Shown here: positions 23,574-36,597 of the stretch, piece by piece
Position numbering within the stretch: the first letter of the stretch is position 1
Layout of the letters: each line of letters starts with the position of its first letter
Source: Curvularia clavata
Taxonomy: Eukaryota
NCBI GenBank assembly: GCA_023920165.1
Contig: CP089274.1
Location: 3,162,001-3,226,000 of the forward strand
Direction of reading: 5' to 3'
DNA: 64,000 nt
The notes under the pieces: generated by a model
What the model was told of the DNA's origin: nothing
The model's input: only the letters and a program-made list of their open reading frames with translations
Databases searched by the model: none
Translations under genes and position numbers: made by a program

Positions 23574-25555
23574 TCAATGTACCCAAGCACCTGGCATCCG
23601 GCTCTTCCGCTTCTTTTGGCCGCTGCTTTTGCGGGCTTTGGCCGCCATGCGGCGCTGGAAGCGCATTTCCCGCAAACGTTCCCATTCCCCATAAATCTTG
23701 GATTGACCCCAAAAGGGGTCATAGAAGGGCCATTCCATCATCGATGTGTTAGCCATGGCTATCACTTCGTACTCGGAAAGAAGCAAGTAGGCGCTTGCTT
23801 CTTTGTCCAATACAAACTCAAAGCCCAGCCTCGACCCACCTTCACAAGGTTCGAACACAAACCTTTCGGGGTCATCAAACCACAGTTTCCATGCATTCGC
23901 AGTCTCGACCTCATGGCTTATGAATTTTTCAACATCAATGTCTGAATTTGATATCCATTCGAGAAAAATTCCTCCCAATACGAAAGAATCATAGGAGTTC
24001 GAACATGTACAGAACATTTGAAGGAGAAAAGCGTTCCGTGTCTGTTTCAGGACGTTGAGTGTTTCCGCGTCGACATAGAAACTCAGATACTCATCACTGA
24101 TAGGCAGTGCCTCATCAACAAGCCAACACAATTGTGCCCACGTGCCCTGAAAGGCGCTAGCCCGTAGCGCACAGGAATCCTCGAGAAGGAGTGCGTTCAC
24201 ACTTTGTTGACAAAACCATAGAATAGTGTCAATGGGACAAAAACGGAAAGGCTCGAATTCCATGTTCAAAAGCATAGAATCTTCTGCCCAACCTGGGTCT
24301 TCGAGAATATATCGGCAAATTGTGTTTCGGTCTGCTACGTTTGTCCGCTCTTCGTCGGGTTCGAGCGTATAGTTTAAAGGAGTTTGTCGATAAATCGTTT
24401 CATTTGGTTTCAACCCGAGATTTCTAAGCAGTAGATATATATCTGCTCTACCATAGAATCCAGCAAACTAAATGTTTTGTGAGAAACTTCTTCGACAACC
24501 TAAGGAAAAATATCTTACGTGAAGCAAAGATTCCCCTATACAACTACGTGAGAATGGGTGGATCACTCCACGATGAAGCAAATCCTGGAAATCCTGTATA
24601 CTGCCGTTCTCGAAAACACTTATGATTGCTTCTGAAAACTTGTTGACGACTGGGAATGTACTGAGGCTTGGAACGACTCTGCCAAATGATCGGCGCTGAA
24701 TCCATGTAAGTCCGTGGCCGAGTATGCTCCAGAGTAGAGTCGTCTCATGAGTTTCGGAGACGATAGTTTCTTCACCCTCTTTGCAACCTGTTGCTCCTTT
24801 TCCTGTGGTGCGTGGGACACGTCGGACTATTTTACGCTGGTATATGCCTAGTCTCTCAAGGGGCGAGTAAACTGGTATTACTGATAACGTCGGACGCGTG
24901 GCTCTTGTGTTTGATAGTAGGATATCGTCTTTTCTGGTGGAGACAACTGTGGTTTCGTTATTCGAGTTGGATGGGGCTGTGGAGCTCTGATGAACGATCT
25001 CGTGGTTACTTTGGCTTTTGAGCAGTACAGGACCAAGTTGCATCCTTATGACATCCACTTAGCAGGACTCACATCATAGCAATTCTTCTTTGGAACTTAC
25101 AGAATAGCTCCGCAGTTGGCTCCAAGGCTGGCATGAAGGAAGCTGATTTCCCATTCAATCCGCGTTTCGAAATCCTGGATGTCTTTCGTCTTGAACCCGA
25201 TCCTCAATCCGGTTTTCAGCCTGTCCATGCTCGTGCTAGTTTTTGATTTCGAAGGCATGTACTTGTCAACAGTTGCTTGAAGCGGCTCAAGTGTCTTCTC
25301 GCAGCTCTTTAAACACTTGATTATTGTCGCCGAGGGTGTTGGAAAGTGCTCCAGCGACGCTTGTCGTTCCATCAGGGCGCGGACATCCTCTAGCAGAGCC
25401 TCGAGACGCTCGAGCAAGTCCACCAAGCGTTCTAACTCTTTCTGCGCATCCTTCACGTTGCGTATGAATGTCTTGATGCTGCCAACGCATTCAACAAGCT
25501 GTATCGATAGTGAGACAACAGCTATGCCACTGGCAGCGCCTGAGAGGGCCTCCAT
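23574..25555 (-). CDS. HeLo-like (fungal STAND N-terminal-type) domain protein with a degenerate ankyrin repeat, ~624 aa
   Basis: MEALSGAASGIAVVSLSIQLVECVGSIKTFIRNVKDAQKELERL N-terminus. Introns 25100-25045 and 24518-24468 join three ORFs in frame (455+526+894 nt). GESLLH|FAGFYGRADIYLLL is ANK-like. Confidence 0.75.
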
Positions 25556-26803
25556 AGTAAAGATACCGATTAGCTGGTCAAGGCAAGACAGAAAGGAGAG
25601 GACAGAGAACGACGCATTCCTGGGGGTTAGGTTACTGAAGAGGCGGGGGCGAGTGATTCAGCCTCGTGTCAGCCTATGGGACTTGGACGAGATGCATGAT
25701 GGTGGCGGTGCATGCAGCTGCGCCCTCGCTTCGTTAAGTGGTATGTGGACATTTGAGAGTGGTTACTAGAAGGAAAGCGACCCGCAGGCTCTCTTTTGAT
25801 TCTGAACCCTAGTCAACCGATTTTAAGTGAATCAACTTGGTCACCGAAGGAGAGAGGAAATAGCATACCGTACTTGCTACCCTCGCTCTTTGCCCATAGA
25901 TCAAGACAAAATAGGACACACTCATAGCAACTCGCAACAAACATCTCTAGTTCACAATGCAATCAATTTAACAAAAAGTATATGCATTTCTTCACCCGCA
26001 CCAATACCTACACTATACAAAAGCACAAAGAGGAGCCCTCACCCAATCAAGACCCCCTACAAGAAAGGTAAAGAAAGCGAGAGCCCCTCCATCATCGCCG
26101 TATTTGGCATGCAACGCCAAGCAATGCATCAAGGCAAACAAGTCCAAAAAAAATACAAAAACACGACCCATACTAACATTCACATCCAAGCACTTGAGCA
26201 GCCTTCCCCTCAAATTCATCTCATCTCAACATCCGAATCTTCAAAAATGCAATTTACTCGAAGCGTAATAGAAAAGAAAAAGAATCATTTCTTCTTTTCT
26301 CCTTACTATATGCCAAATATGCCCAAACCAAACTCAAAAAGAGGGCCACCCAGACTAGCACCTGGGACCCTCTCTCTCTCTCTTGCAACGCAAAAACCAA
26401 AATAAAAAAAGATTTCATTTCAAAAACATGGACACGGCAAGCTCCGGTCCTCCTGAAAGGGGGTAATCATTTAAGAAGCGAAGAGTTTTGCAAGTTGAAC
26501 CAAATGAGATCACATACACAAAAAAGTTTTTGTGTCAGGGGCGAGATGATGATGATGATGCTGTACAAGAAAAGGACAAGGAAAGCAAGGTGGAGGGATG
26601 GCTGGCGATGCTGCAACGACTAGAGACACAAAGTCGTCGTCAGATGGAAGGAGGGCAAAGTTGGATATTTTCGGTGTTTTTTTCTCGGTAGCGGGGCGAA
26701 CACACTCGTCATCATGGCCTGCTTTCTAGTGGGTAGGAATCACGGATTGACGTGGAGTCGCAGACAAGAGTGCGACGGCGATGGTGACGAGAGTCGTCAA
26801 GAG

Positions 26804-28799
26804 TCATAGGATGCTGCATGAATTGCCCGAAGACCTAGAGTAAACTTGTTAGCTGCTGTAGTTACGAGCAAGTTTGGTGTTTTGTAATCAGGCACGCTGA
26901 ACGTAGGCAGGCTTCGGACCACTCACGCGCATCTCTTGCGTCATAGCGACGAGGATAACGGAGATAATGCTCGTCTTAGCACGACAAGTCTCGGCGTAAC
27001 CTGCACCCAGACCAAATCATACCGTTGCCGCACACCAAACGGTAAGCCAGAAATCCGGGTTCCGCGGGGCCCACGATTCGGGAGATTGTGCGTGCGCGGG
27101 TAAAAGAGAGCCAAATCACTTACCATCGCTGCCCACGGATCCTGCCAATCCACGAGTACACAATCTTGAGGCGCTCGCGAACCCGCTCCGTATGCAGCAA
27201 TACGTACTTCTCCTCTTCCACGATCGGTACGACTGAAGCAAACCAATACGGAAAGATAGCCGGATCCTCCGGTGGTTCGCCGTACACTTGTATGATGCGT
27301 TCACGGAGCCAAGGCGCGCTAGCCTCTCTCATCTCGCGCACAAACGCTGTGCAACTGTCGAGCAAATGCTGCGTAGACAGAGTCTCAATAGCAATTTCAG
27401 CCGGGAGCTGGGTTTGCGGGTGATCGCGGAAGAATGCCTCAGCATAGTCACGTGCCATGGTAGTCTCGCGCTGCTCCAGAATAGCTTCCTCTGCGAGAGA
27501 AACATCCTCAACACGCTCGATCCGGCTCACGTGGTATCCATCGAGCATACCGTGTGCCCTCACCTTGAAGCGGCCTACGCCGCGTGTTTCGATAAAGCTG
27601 CGTCCGTCGCGGAGTAGCTCGTAATTGACGATTTCGAGTAGTGTGCCATACTCCAAGAAAGGAACCGCACCCAGATCGCCTTGGGGCGCGCGTGTGCGGT
27701 TGTACATGACCATACCAAACTGCCTGTTTCCCTCGATGACGCGGCGCATCATGAGGCGATAGCGGGGCTCAAAGACATGAAGAAAGGTGGGCATGGATGG
27801 AAGTGACAGAGTGCAGATGAACAGAGGGACGTTTAGGACATTGTCGCCCGCCTGCTCTTCTGACTTGAGGGCATCCGCGCGGGCACTCACCAGATCTGGA
27901 CATAGTCCATTCAACAAGGAGTTGAGTATGACGTTGCTAGACTGATTCTGTAATGAGGCAGGGACATGCAGTCCTCTCCGACAGAAGGGGCAAATGCTAC
28001 TATGGTCCATAACGCGGGCAAGACAACGCCGGCAGAATGTATGACCGCACGACGTTGTTGTAGGATCCAGCATCAGGTTGTAACAGACGAGGCAGTCTAG
28101 CTCTTTGTGTATTACTTCCCTTAGGCGTTCCAATAACGTCATGTCGAGGTTCTCGTAATCGTCTCCACTTGCCGATAGGGTCTGGTAGCGGACGTCGGAA
28201 GCGTACCGAAGTTTGCCCAATTCAGCCATGGTAAAGGTAGACGCGAGACGTCCGCCATGCAGTTCCTGCTGGTGACCTTGGGGTGCAGGTGTCTCCTTCT
28301 CTTTCTCATCCATGGCAGCGTCTTCGTCAGGCTGGGGTAGCTCGACAAGGAGCGTCGGGGTGTTTTTCGCAATTGCACTGTGCTCCGTCATCTCGATTTT
28401 TATCAGCTCCATAAGCTTGGCCAGTGTCACGTCGACAGAGCACTCCGCGGATGCATGTTCTGCCCCACAACCAAGCAGCGGACATGCAATGCCCATTAGA
28501 CGGTCAGGCGTATTTGGGTACGATATGTTGGCGCGAGGTTGTGGAGCGGGGAGGCAGCCGCGGCAGAGCGTATGGCCGCAGGGGAGGGTAACGGGCGTGC
28601 TCAGAGGCTTTGAGCATCGCGGACATTGGACCAGGCGGACCAGTCGGCGGGCATCGCGGTGGGCGTGCAGGGCTACAGTCTCGGAAGCCTCTGTCGAGCG
28701 CTCATTGTCGCACATGAAGGTCTGTGCCGCGAGTTGAGGCTCGAAGGAATGCTCGACACTGTCAACAACAGAGCACCCTTTTGTCCGTTGGCGATTCAT
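26804..28799 (-). CDS. RING-finger/LON N-terminal domain ubiquitin ligase (CrgA/LONRF-like), ending in CaaX (CSIL)
   Basis: Two RINGs (CPRC..PVTLPCGHTLCRGC; CLVC..PTTTSCGHTFCRRC..CPFC) and a LON domain PLF..LPSMPTFLHVFEPRYRLMMRR. Intron 27123-26835 gives last exon WSSGNSCSIL*. Start codon uncertain. Confidence 0.88.
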
Positions 28800-30482
28800 A
28801 TAGATGTGCTGTGTGGTGCGGTGGCTCCGGCAGCCATGTACAGTCAAGACTGAGTCGTGGGGGTGGAGGGTAACGTCACGTGCGCGTGTGCAGACGTGTG
28901 GGTAGTCGCGAGGCTGGCAGCGAGGTTAACGTCTTGAAGATGGCTAGATGATCAAGACAACCCACGCGCGTGCTGTTGTAGGGCCGGATGACGACTGCGG
29001 CGGCAGGGGCGGCGGTGGTGTGGTGCTGGGGATGTCGGAAGAGAGAGCCCTGGGGGAAGACTGGGACGGTCAAGTCTTATTATACGGGCTGGCTGAGTGG
29101 CGGCAGAGATGGCGACAGCCAGAGTCGCGATGCAGAGAGAGGGAGGGTGAGATTGCTAGCAGCAGCAGAGGAAGGAGGAGCAGAGGGCCGCAGCCATGGT
29201 CAAAAGGGCTCAGGTTGGACTGGTCATCCATGCTGGAACGGATAGTTCAAAAAGATCGGCGATGTTGGTTTCGCGCGCCCCCCGTATCAGGTCCAGGACG
29301 GGTGCCGGCCGATTTCTGTGGCAGCTCTGGGGTTCCTCAGATCGAGGGAGAGGGCCGTCATCGGGTGCAGAATTAGGCCAATCCGGGGCCCGCTTGGTAT
29401 AAAAAAATTGGCACGGTCCAGCTGCAAAATGCATCCAACGACGACACTCGACTTGCTTGTTTGGCACGCCACCATGTCCCGACTCAGGCAGTCCGCGCGC
29501 TCAACGACGTTGCCGCGGCCCATTTGCGTCCCCCCTTCCGTCGTCGTCGTCGCCGCCGCATGTCCGGGGAGAAGGCCTTCGGGCCATATGGTTTCTCGGG
29601 CGGCGGGCGTATCCAGCCCAGCGGTTGTCTGACCACCGCGATGCCATCACCACTCCCACTGCCGTCACCACTTGCGTCTGGCCGCCTGGGCTGCTTGTGG
29701 CCGCGCGACCCGCGCATGTAGCCGGTAAGAAGGAAGCGCAAGAGTGCGTGGCCATGCGCATCTAGTCGAGGCCCGCAGAGTTTGTCGACATGTCTACAAG
29801 CAGCGGCTTTGGGCTTGCAAGCGTCATGGACGTCGAGCCTAGCAGCACCCCTGGCCAATGAGGGCGCAGAGCCGCGAGCACTGCCAGACGTCAACCTGTC
29901 TACCATGTGCTACAGCCCGCCAAGCCAGAGCTTGCACACGCCTGGCCGCCGCAAAGGACCCTGTACATCACCCAAAGGGTCCGATAGTCGTGACGACTTG
30001 CATTCACCACAAACGGCGGCACTCGCCGCCACCACTGTCTCGCCCCATTACCCTTTTGGGACTATGACACCTACAAAGTACTCGTATGTACTCGTACGTA
30101 TACACGCCGGTAGCGCCACCCGTATTTTGCGTCCTGCTACATGCCGGACTCTGCCTTGTCTTGCTGTAGCCCATGGGTACCCTTCTCCATACATTCCGCG
30201 ACCCCCAATGTGCCTGACTATAGCGCCCTCGCGTCCCGTCCTCTCCGCTACGAATAACCGAAACAAGGCCAAGTCTAGTAGGGATGCCCCTCCTTGGCGC
30301 CCTCTCCAGACTGCACCGGGGGAACTCGTCAATATGCAAAACAAACCACCTGATCCATGCTTTCGCTCGGCTCCACAAACACGACTATCTTACATACAGA
30401 TGCACTGCTCGCATCCCTGTACACAGTGCTCCCCAACGCCCCAATTCCAAAAGCCTCAGTCCCTTTGCCTGCCAACACCAGT

Positions 30483-33400
30483 TTACAATGCACTTGCTGA
30501 TGCCCCATTCGTGCCTATCGGGCCCACCTGTACCATGCTGCCCTCGGAATCACTGCTGGCTTCCTCATCCTCGTCATCGTTGTCTCCTACCACATCCAGC
30601 ACAATCTGCTCGAGCACCCGCTTATCGAACAAATCTAGAATGAACCGGCATGCTGGGAGACGGAAGTGATGTGCCTCCAGTATCTGCATGACCTTGTGGA
30701 AGATCGCTGGCTTACTGAAGCCTGGCGCCTTTCTAGCCTTGATACTAAAATCGTTGTGTTAGCCCCTTCCGGCAATCTTTCTCACTTAGGAGGGGGTCAT
30801 CACTTACGCTTGCAGATCACTAGCCGCCTTCTTGGCAAGCACCGTGTTGCCTAGGTCTGTCGCGAGCTTGAGAATGCGCGCGTTGACTGGGTCTTTGTCC
30901 GTCACGGCAATCTTGATTTCTGCTTTGGGATTCCAGCTCATATCTTCTGCTGCTGCCACCCAGGGTCTCATCTGCAAGCCCATTAGTTCTCCCTTCCCTC
31001 TGAATGGAAAAACAATACAAAACACCACCACTTACTGCAAAGAGTTTTCTAAAGTCCAAGGGTAGACAGAAGCCTAGCGCCTCGCCTGAATCATTGACGA
31101 CGCCATCCCAACCATGCTCCAGGAGAATCTCCTGTCCGTGAAGGCTCCTTGAAATCAGCCCTAGCACGTAGAAGGCTGTTCCTCTAAGCGACATGACTTC
31201 CGACTGCTCGGCAATCTGTACAATCCACTTGACCACATCCGAGTTCTCTAGGAATGGTGCGCCCAGTTCCATGGACCCGACATTGCCCACAGCCCACAAG
31301 CAGCCTTTGACCTTGAGGATAATCTCTGGGTCGTCGTTTTCAGAGGCAAAGTCTCGAATCGTGGCGGCAAATTCGTCAAAGTGGCCTTTTTGCTTGAGTA
31401 GCTTGCATCCCTCCTTGGTCCGCGTCAACTCGCGATAGAAGTGTGGAGGCACGAGGCCATAGTCTGTAGGCTCCGGTGCATCGTCGTACGTTTGTTGAGC
31501 CGACGGCTTTTCGGGTATGTCTGCAAGTGACCGGGCCATCGACGCCTCGATCAATGCTACGTAAGTATCGTTTCTCCCCAAAAACCAGTCATCCATCTCT
31601 CTCGTGATGTAATCCAATCCGTCCAGGTAGTGGTAGCCTACCGAAGTTGAAAGGAACCGAAGCAAGAGTGGAGCACCAATTTCGCCCAGATGATCCAGCG
31701 CTGGACGACACTTGACCACGAACTCCAACGACTCTTTCTGGTTGCAAGCCTCCTCTAGAATTTTGATGGCCACTTCACAAACTTCCACATCTGGGTCGTA
31801 AAGCTGTGTCACTAGCAGTCGAATGGCCCATTCGGCTACACCAGTAGAACTGCTGGTTCCCATGGATTTGGTTGCGTACTTGCGCAACAACCTAGTGGCA
31901 AAGATACGAATCTCCTTAGAACACGACGTCATTGCCTTCGAGATGATGATGCGTAGATGTCCATCCAGTGTATAGTCCAAGTTGCTGAGCAGCGTCCGGA
32001 TCAGATCGTCGCGATCGTTGAGCTCAATGATGTGGTAGAACATGTTGATGACTCGCCATCGTTCCAGAATGTGAATGCCTCGAGAATCTTTCGTCAGAGC
32101 ACCCAGAAGCGCAAAGTAACCGCCAGTAAGCGTCTCGTTCATACGGTCCGCCTGGAAGATTGGGGATTCAGATGTCAGACCGCTCATACGGTCGAAATGC
32201 GACAGGCACTCTGCGAGTTGCCGAATGAACTTGCTCTCGGCCAGATATTTTACACCTTCTGGGTTTTGCAGCAGGCTCGTCATGAGCGCGCAACCAGCCC
32301 GAACATATCGTTGATTTGGTTTTGTGTTTTTGACCTCAGAAAATCGATATTTGAACGGACGGTAGAACCCCAAGACACGATGAATGAATTTTGTGACCTT
32401 GATGGCCTCATCCAAGCGTTTGGGGTTGAGCAAAGGCCCCTCGATGATGTTCAGGATCAAATCCCATCTCCATTTTTGGAATGTGACTGTATTCAGCACT
32501 TGGGTTTCAACCATCAGGTTTCGGAAGTGCCCTTCGTCTACCTGCATAGCAGCTTGCAGCTTGGCCGCTTGGTCAGACTGACGATTCGCTGAGGCATCAT
32601 CAAAAGTTGAGACACTTTTGGTGTTGTACAAGGATGTTGGATCCGACCGATAGAGGGTTCTGTTGATGCTGTCCACCTGATAGATGGTACCAATAGCAAC
32701 AAAGCGACTTTCAGATTGAAACTTTGCTGCCGAGTGCAGGAGCTGGGGAAGCACTTGAAGCTGTGCACTCCATGATGGCGGTAAAAGCTCGTTCGCCATT
32801 TTCAAAACCTCTCCAATAAGCAGCGTTGTTTTGCGCTTCAGCGGCAGTGAGAGGGGCTCTGCCTCCGCCTGTAGCAGAGCCGGCATCAACCCGGCATGCA
32901 GAAATGCAGCCAGAATCACGGAGACGTAATGATCTAACAGGCTCCATTTGGTGGTGTCATCTTCGGCGCTGCTGGAAGAGGTAGGGTCTTTGATCTGCTG
33001 GTTTTTCAGGTTCGTAACGCGACCATATGTAGTCAGTCGACGCCCAGCGAGAAACGACGAAGACCATGAAGGGGGTTTGATCCTGAGAAGATCAAATAGT
33101 AGTTCTAAAATGACACTCCGAACGTGCGGAGTTGGTATCTGCAGCGACCAAAGCAGAGAACGGAGAGGAAGAAAGTCGTTCATCGAGAGTGTGAGTAGTC
33201 CAGCCCAACTTCGGAGTAAAGAGGCAATGACCTTGGCATTGACTTTGAGTTTTTCTTCGTGAAGATGTCCGTGAATCGTGCTTGCATCAGTGAACATTGC
33301 GAATGGGGCCTCGAGTTCTCGCCCAGACCGCAGGAATCGACGCCTTCTAGGCGTATCAAGAAGGTAGAGGAAAGAAGTACCGATGCTCTCCGCGGCGTGG

Positions 33401-34563
33401 TAGCTTCCTTCTCCCAGAGCATCGGCCAAAGCACCCATGCCTCCAGCTGCGACCAGAAGGGATGGCTTCCGGACAAGGATCTCGGCCAGCGTCAGAGTTG
33501 CAATGTTTCGGAGGCGGTCTTCTGCGTGCTCGGCCACAGCCACAATGATGCGAACTACGGAGCGTGCAATCTCCTCAACACCTCCCTTGACATCCAGAAA
33601 AGCTCGAACAAACTTGAGTGCCTGTTCGCGCTCCACGCTGGCCTTGCTCTCTTTAACTAGCGACAAAATGACAAAGTGATCTGTGTGGAAACCGCGCATG
33701 GTCTGAAGAGACTTGCGATCGGTGAAGGAATAGCGCATGACGCGATATGCTGCTGCCACCACTTCACGGCTATCGCTCAGCAACATGGCTTGCATACGTA
33801 CTCCAAACACGCTCCAGGCTAGGTCATACTTCAGCGTGGGATGTCGCTTGAGGAGGAGGACTAGAGAGTTTGCTCTCTCTACATAATATTCTGGCTGCAT
33901 GCCCCTGACCTCCAGAGCCTGAAGTATCTCTGCAAGAACGAAGCTTGGTGACTCAGTTTCCTCGTCCTCTTCTTCTTCCTTCTGGGTGACATGGCGTGAC
34001 GGTGAGCGCGATAGGTTTCGACGGAAAAGGTATGAGAGTCTGCTTTGGGGGTCCGCTGGCGGGGACTTGACATCTTTGGCTCGCTGCTTTTCGGCGGCCA
34101 GGCCTGACTGCAACTGGGCCAGTTTTCGGTTGGATATGTTGAGCTGCTCCTCGACTTGCAGCCTTTGGTTCTTGACCTCTTTTGCGTTTTTTGCATTCAA
34201 TGCCTCCAAAAGGTTCTCGGAACCGATTTTGATTTTGGTCTCCTTCTCAATCTGATCCTGCAGCTCGGCTTGTCGCTGCTCAGACGTTAATGCGTCACTG
34301 TCGGCCACGGTAATGGCGTGCATATCAAAATCGGGTCGTATCCTGCCCTCCTGTGCCGTGGCAGGTCTCGTCAAAGCCGTGTTGAAGCTGCCAGGCCCTG
34401 TATTGGCAGTCGCATACGAGGCATACGAGGCCTGGCCGCCGCGAGAGCTGGCCATACCGGCAGCCGACGTGGAACGGCCATCTCTACTCGTCGTGGGCGC
34501 AAGGAGGGACGTTTGGTCGGCAGCGTCGGCCTGTGTATTGAGAGAGCGGGCGGATGGCGTCAT
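30483..34563 (-). CDS. AVO3: TORC2 subunit Rictor/Avo3/Ste20
   Basis: HR1-like IEKETKIKIGSENLL; EREQALKFVRAF; WAIRLLVTQLYDPDVEV; KGCLWAVGNVGS; SLRGTAFYVLGLIS. Introns 31035-30972 and 30807-30745. Confidence 0.93.
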
Positions 34564-35092
34564 GAGCGCGCCTTAACCGTCACCTCGCCAACCGCATCGC
34601 ACATGTGTCTGGCGGCGGTGCCCTCGTCTTGCCTCATGAGCATTCGCGGGCAGAGGTGGAGTGGTGCTCGTCGCGGTACCAGACCGGAAGCGGAAGTGTG
34701 GCTGGGTCGTTGCGTGCGAGGGAGAGGGACTGGGCGTGGGTGGCAGAGGCGAGGGAGAGTGGGGCGCGTACAAGGCCGGGTGGAGGGTGAAGGTGGGAGA
34801 GAATAGCGCTGTGCGTGCATGGCCATCGCGACATGGTGCGGGCGGTGGCCGTTGGACACGCACGGACTGGGTTGCTCATCCTTGCACCACGACGCCCACC
34901 CACCTCTTAGATATGTCGTCGTCCACCACGGACTAGCACATAGATACTGCCAACCTCGCCGTCGTGATCATGGCCTGATGCCGTGCCGACCTGACGCTGC
35001 CGACCGACGCTGGACGCAGCGGCAAGCGGGGTCCTGCCTGCGAACGAGTCACGTGCCCGCCCTGCGCCGGTATCCAGGGCCTCGTCCACCTA

Positions 35093-35214
35093 CCGGAGCT
35101 CGCCGATGGCCTGGTCAACGAATCGAAACGCGTTCTCGCCGCGAGGGCTAGTAGCTTGCTCGTGAAACCATCCGCTTCACGTCGGTCTCCTCCGCCTGCC
35201 GTTGCTCAGATAAG
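35093..35214 (+). promoter_or_regulatory. Putative UaY-type CGG-N6-CCG sites and a GATA (AreA/NIT2) site upstream of uricase
   Basis: CCGG-AGCTCG-CCGA (35093-35106) and TCGG-TCTCCT-CCGC (35182-35195) are each one mismatch from TCGG-N6-CCGA. GATAAG at 35209-35214. Confidence 0.55.
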
Positions 35215-35303
35215 GTGCCTTTTTTCCAGAACTATATCTATCTTGACTGCCCCTTTCGTGATTCTCCATCTACCACCATCATCTTCTGATCTACACTATC
35301 GCC

Positions 35304-36312
35304 ATGTCTCAACTTAGCTACGCTCGCTACGGCAAGGACAACGTTCGCCTGTACAAGGTGGACAAAGATCCAAAGACTGGTATTCATACAGTTGTCGAGC
35401 AGACAGTGCGCATCTTGCTCGAGGGTGACATTGAGCAATCGTAAGCATGACATACTAGCACAGATAACCATCAGATAACTAACACGACCCAGCTACACCA
35501 AGGCCGATAACTCAGTGGTAGTCGCGACCGACACGCAGAAGCAGACCACCTACATTCTCGCAAAGCAGCACCCTATCGATCCACCCGAGCAGTTCGCTGC
35601 CATTATTGGCGACCATTTTATCAAGACCTACCCCCATATCCACGCCGCCCATGTCAAGATCATCCAGCACCGATGGACGCGCATGACCATTGACGGCAAG
35701 GCTCACCCACACTCGTTTTACCGCGACGGCGAGGAGACGCGCGTTATCGAGGCCGTAACCCGGGAGAACGTGGGCGTCTCCATTCGCTCCAAGATTGAGA
35801 AGCTCCTGGTCCTGAAGAGCACAGGGTCAGCTTTCCATGGCTTCCACCGCGACGAATACACAAGACTGCCTGAAACATGGGATCGCATTCTGAGCACTGA
35901 GATTGAGGCTGGATGGCAATGGAAGCTGTTCAAGACCGTGGACGAGCTTAAATCTGTCGACTTCAACGCTGCATGGAAAACAGCAAGGGATATTACCTTG
36001 AAGACATTTGCCGAGGACGACAGCGCCAGTGTGCAGGCGACCATGTACAAGATGTGTGATTTGATCCTGGCTGCAGTTCCCAATGTCGAGGCTGTCGACT
36101 ACTCACTTCCTAACAAACACTACTTTGAGATTGGTCAGTTCCTTCAGCTCGTATTCACCCATTCTAGTTTACTAACACAATACCCAGATCTTTCGTGGCA
36201 CAAGGACATTAAGAACACTGGCAAAGACGCCACCGTTCTCGCTCCCCAAACTGACCCCAATGGTCTCATTCAGTGCACCGTTACCCGCAAGGGAATCAAG
36301 TCCAAGCTGTAA
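35304..36312 (+). CDS. uaZ: Urate oxidase (uricase), peroxisomal (PTS1 SKL)
   Basis: ARYGKDNVRLYKV; YTKADNSVVVATDTQK; VLKSTGSAFHGF; SASVQATMY; LPNKHYFEI; C-terminal SKL. Introns 35441-35492 and 36134-36187. Confidence 0.97.
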
Positions 36313-36560
36313 ACACTAGATATTATATTGTCGTTGTGTTCGGTCCATCAAGTCGCAATGTCCTGATTTTCTGTATACCCTTTGGCGTTTTGTAATTCCA
36401 TGAGGGAGAAGTGTGGAGTGAGAGTAGAACATTATACCAATAAGTACTTTTTTATTTCCAGTAGTTAGTAGCAAAAGTAAGAAATGCACCAAGACCAGAA
36501 ATTGTGGAATTTGATGCCCGCAAATGTGCCTCACACAAAGCAAAGTACACCCGTCCTTCT

Positions 36561-36563
<3 letters not shown>

Positions 36564-36593
<30 letters not shown>
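36564..36593. repeat. (CA)15 microsatellite
   Basis: Read directly, between uricase and TOM6. Confidence 0.95.

Positions 36594-36597
<4 letters not shown>

Noticed and set aside
29200..30480. Many 60-295 aa ORFs and GATCGA light-response-like motifs upstream of the CrgA-like gene
   Set aside because: GC-rich intergenic DNA with no coding signature; the short motifs are expected by chance.
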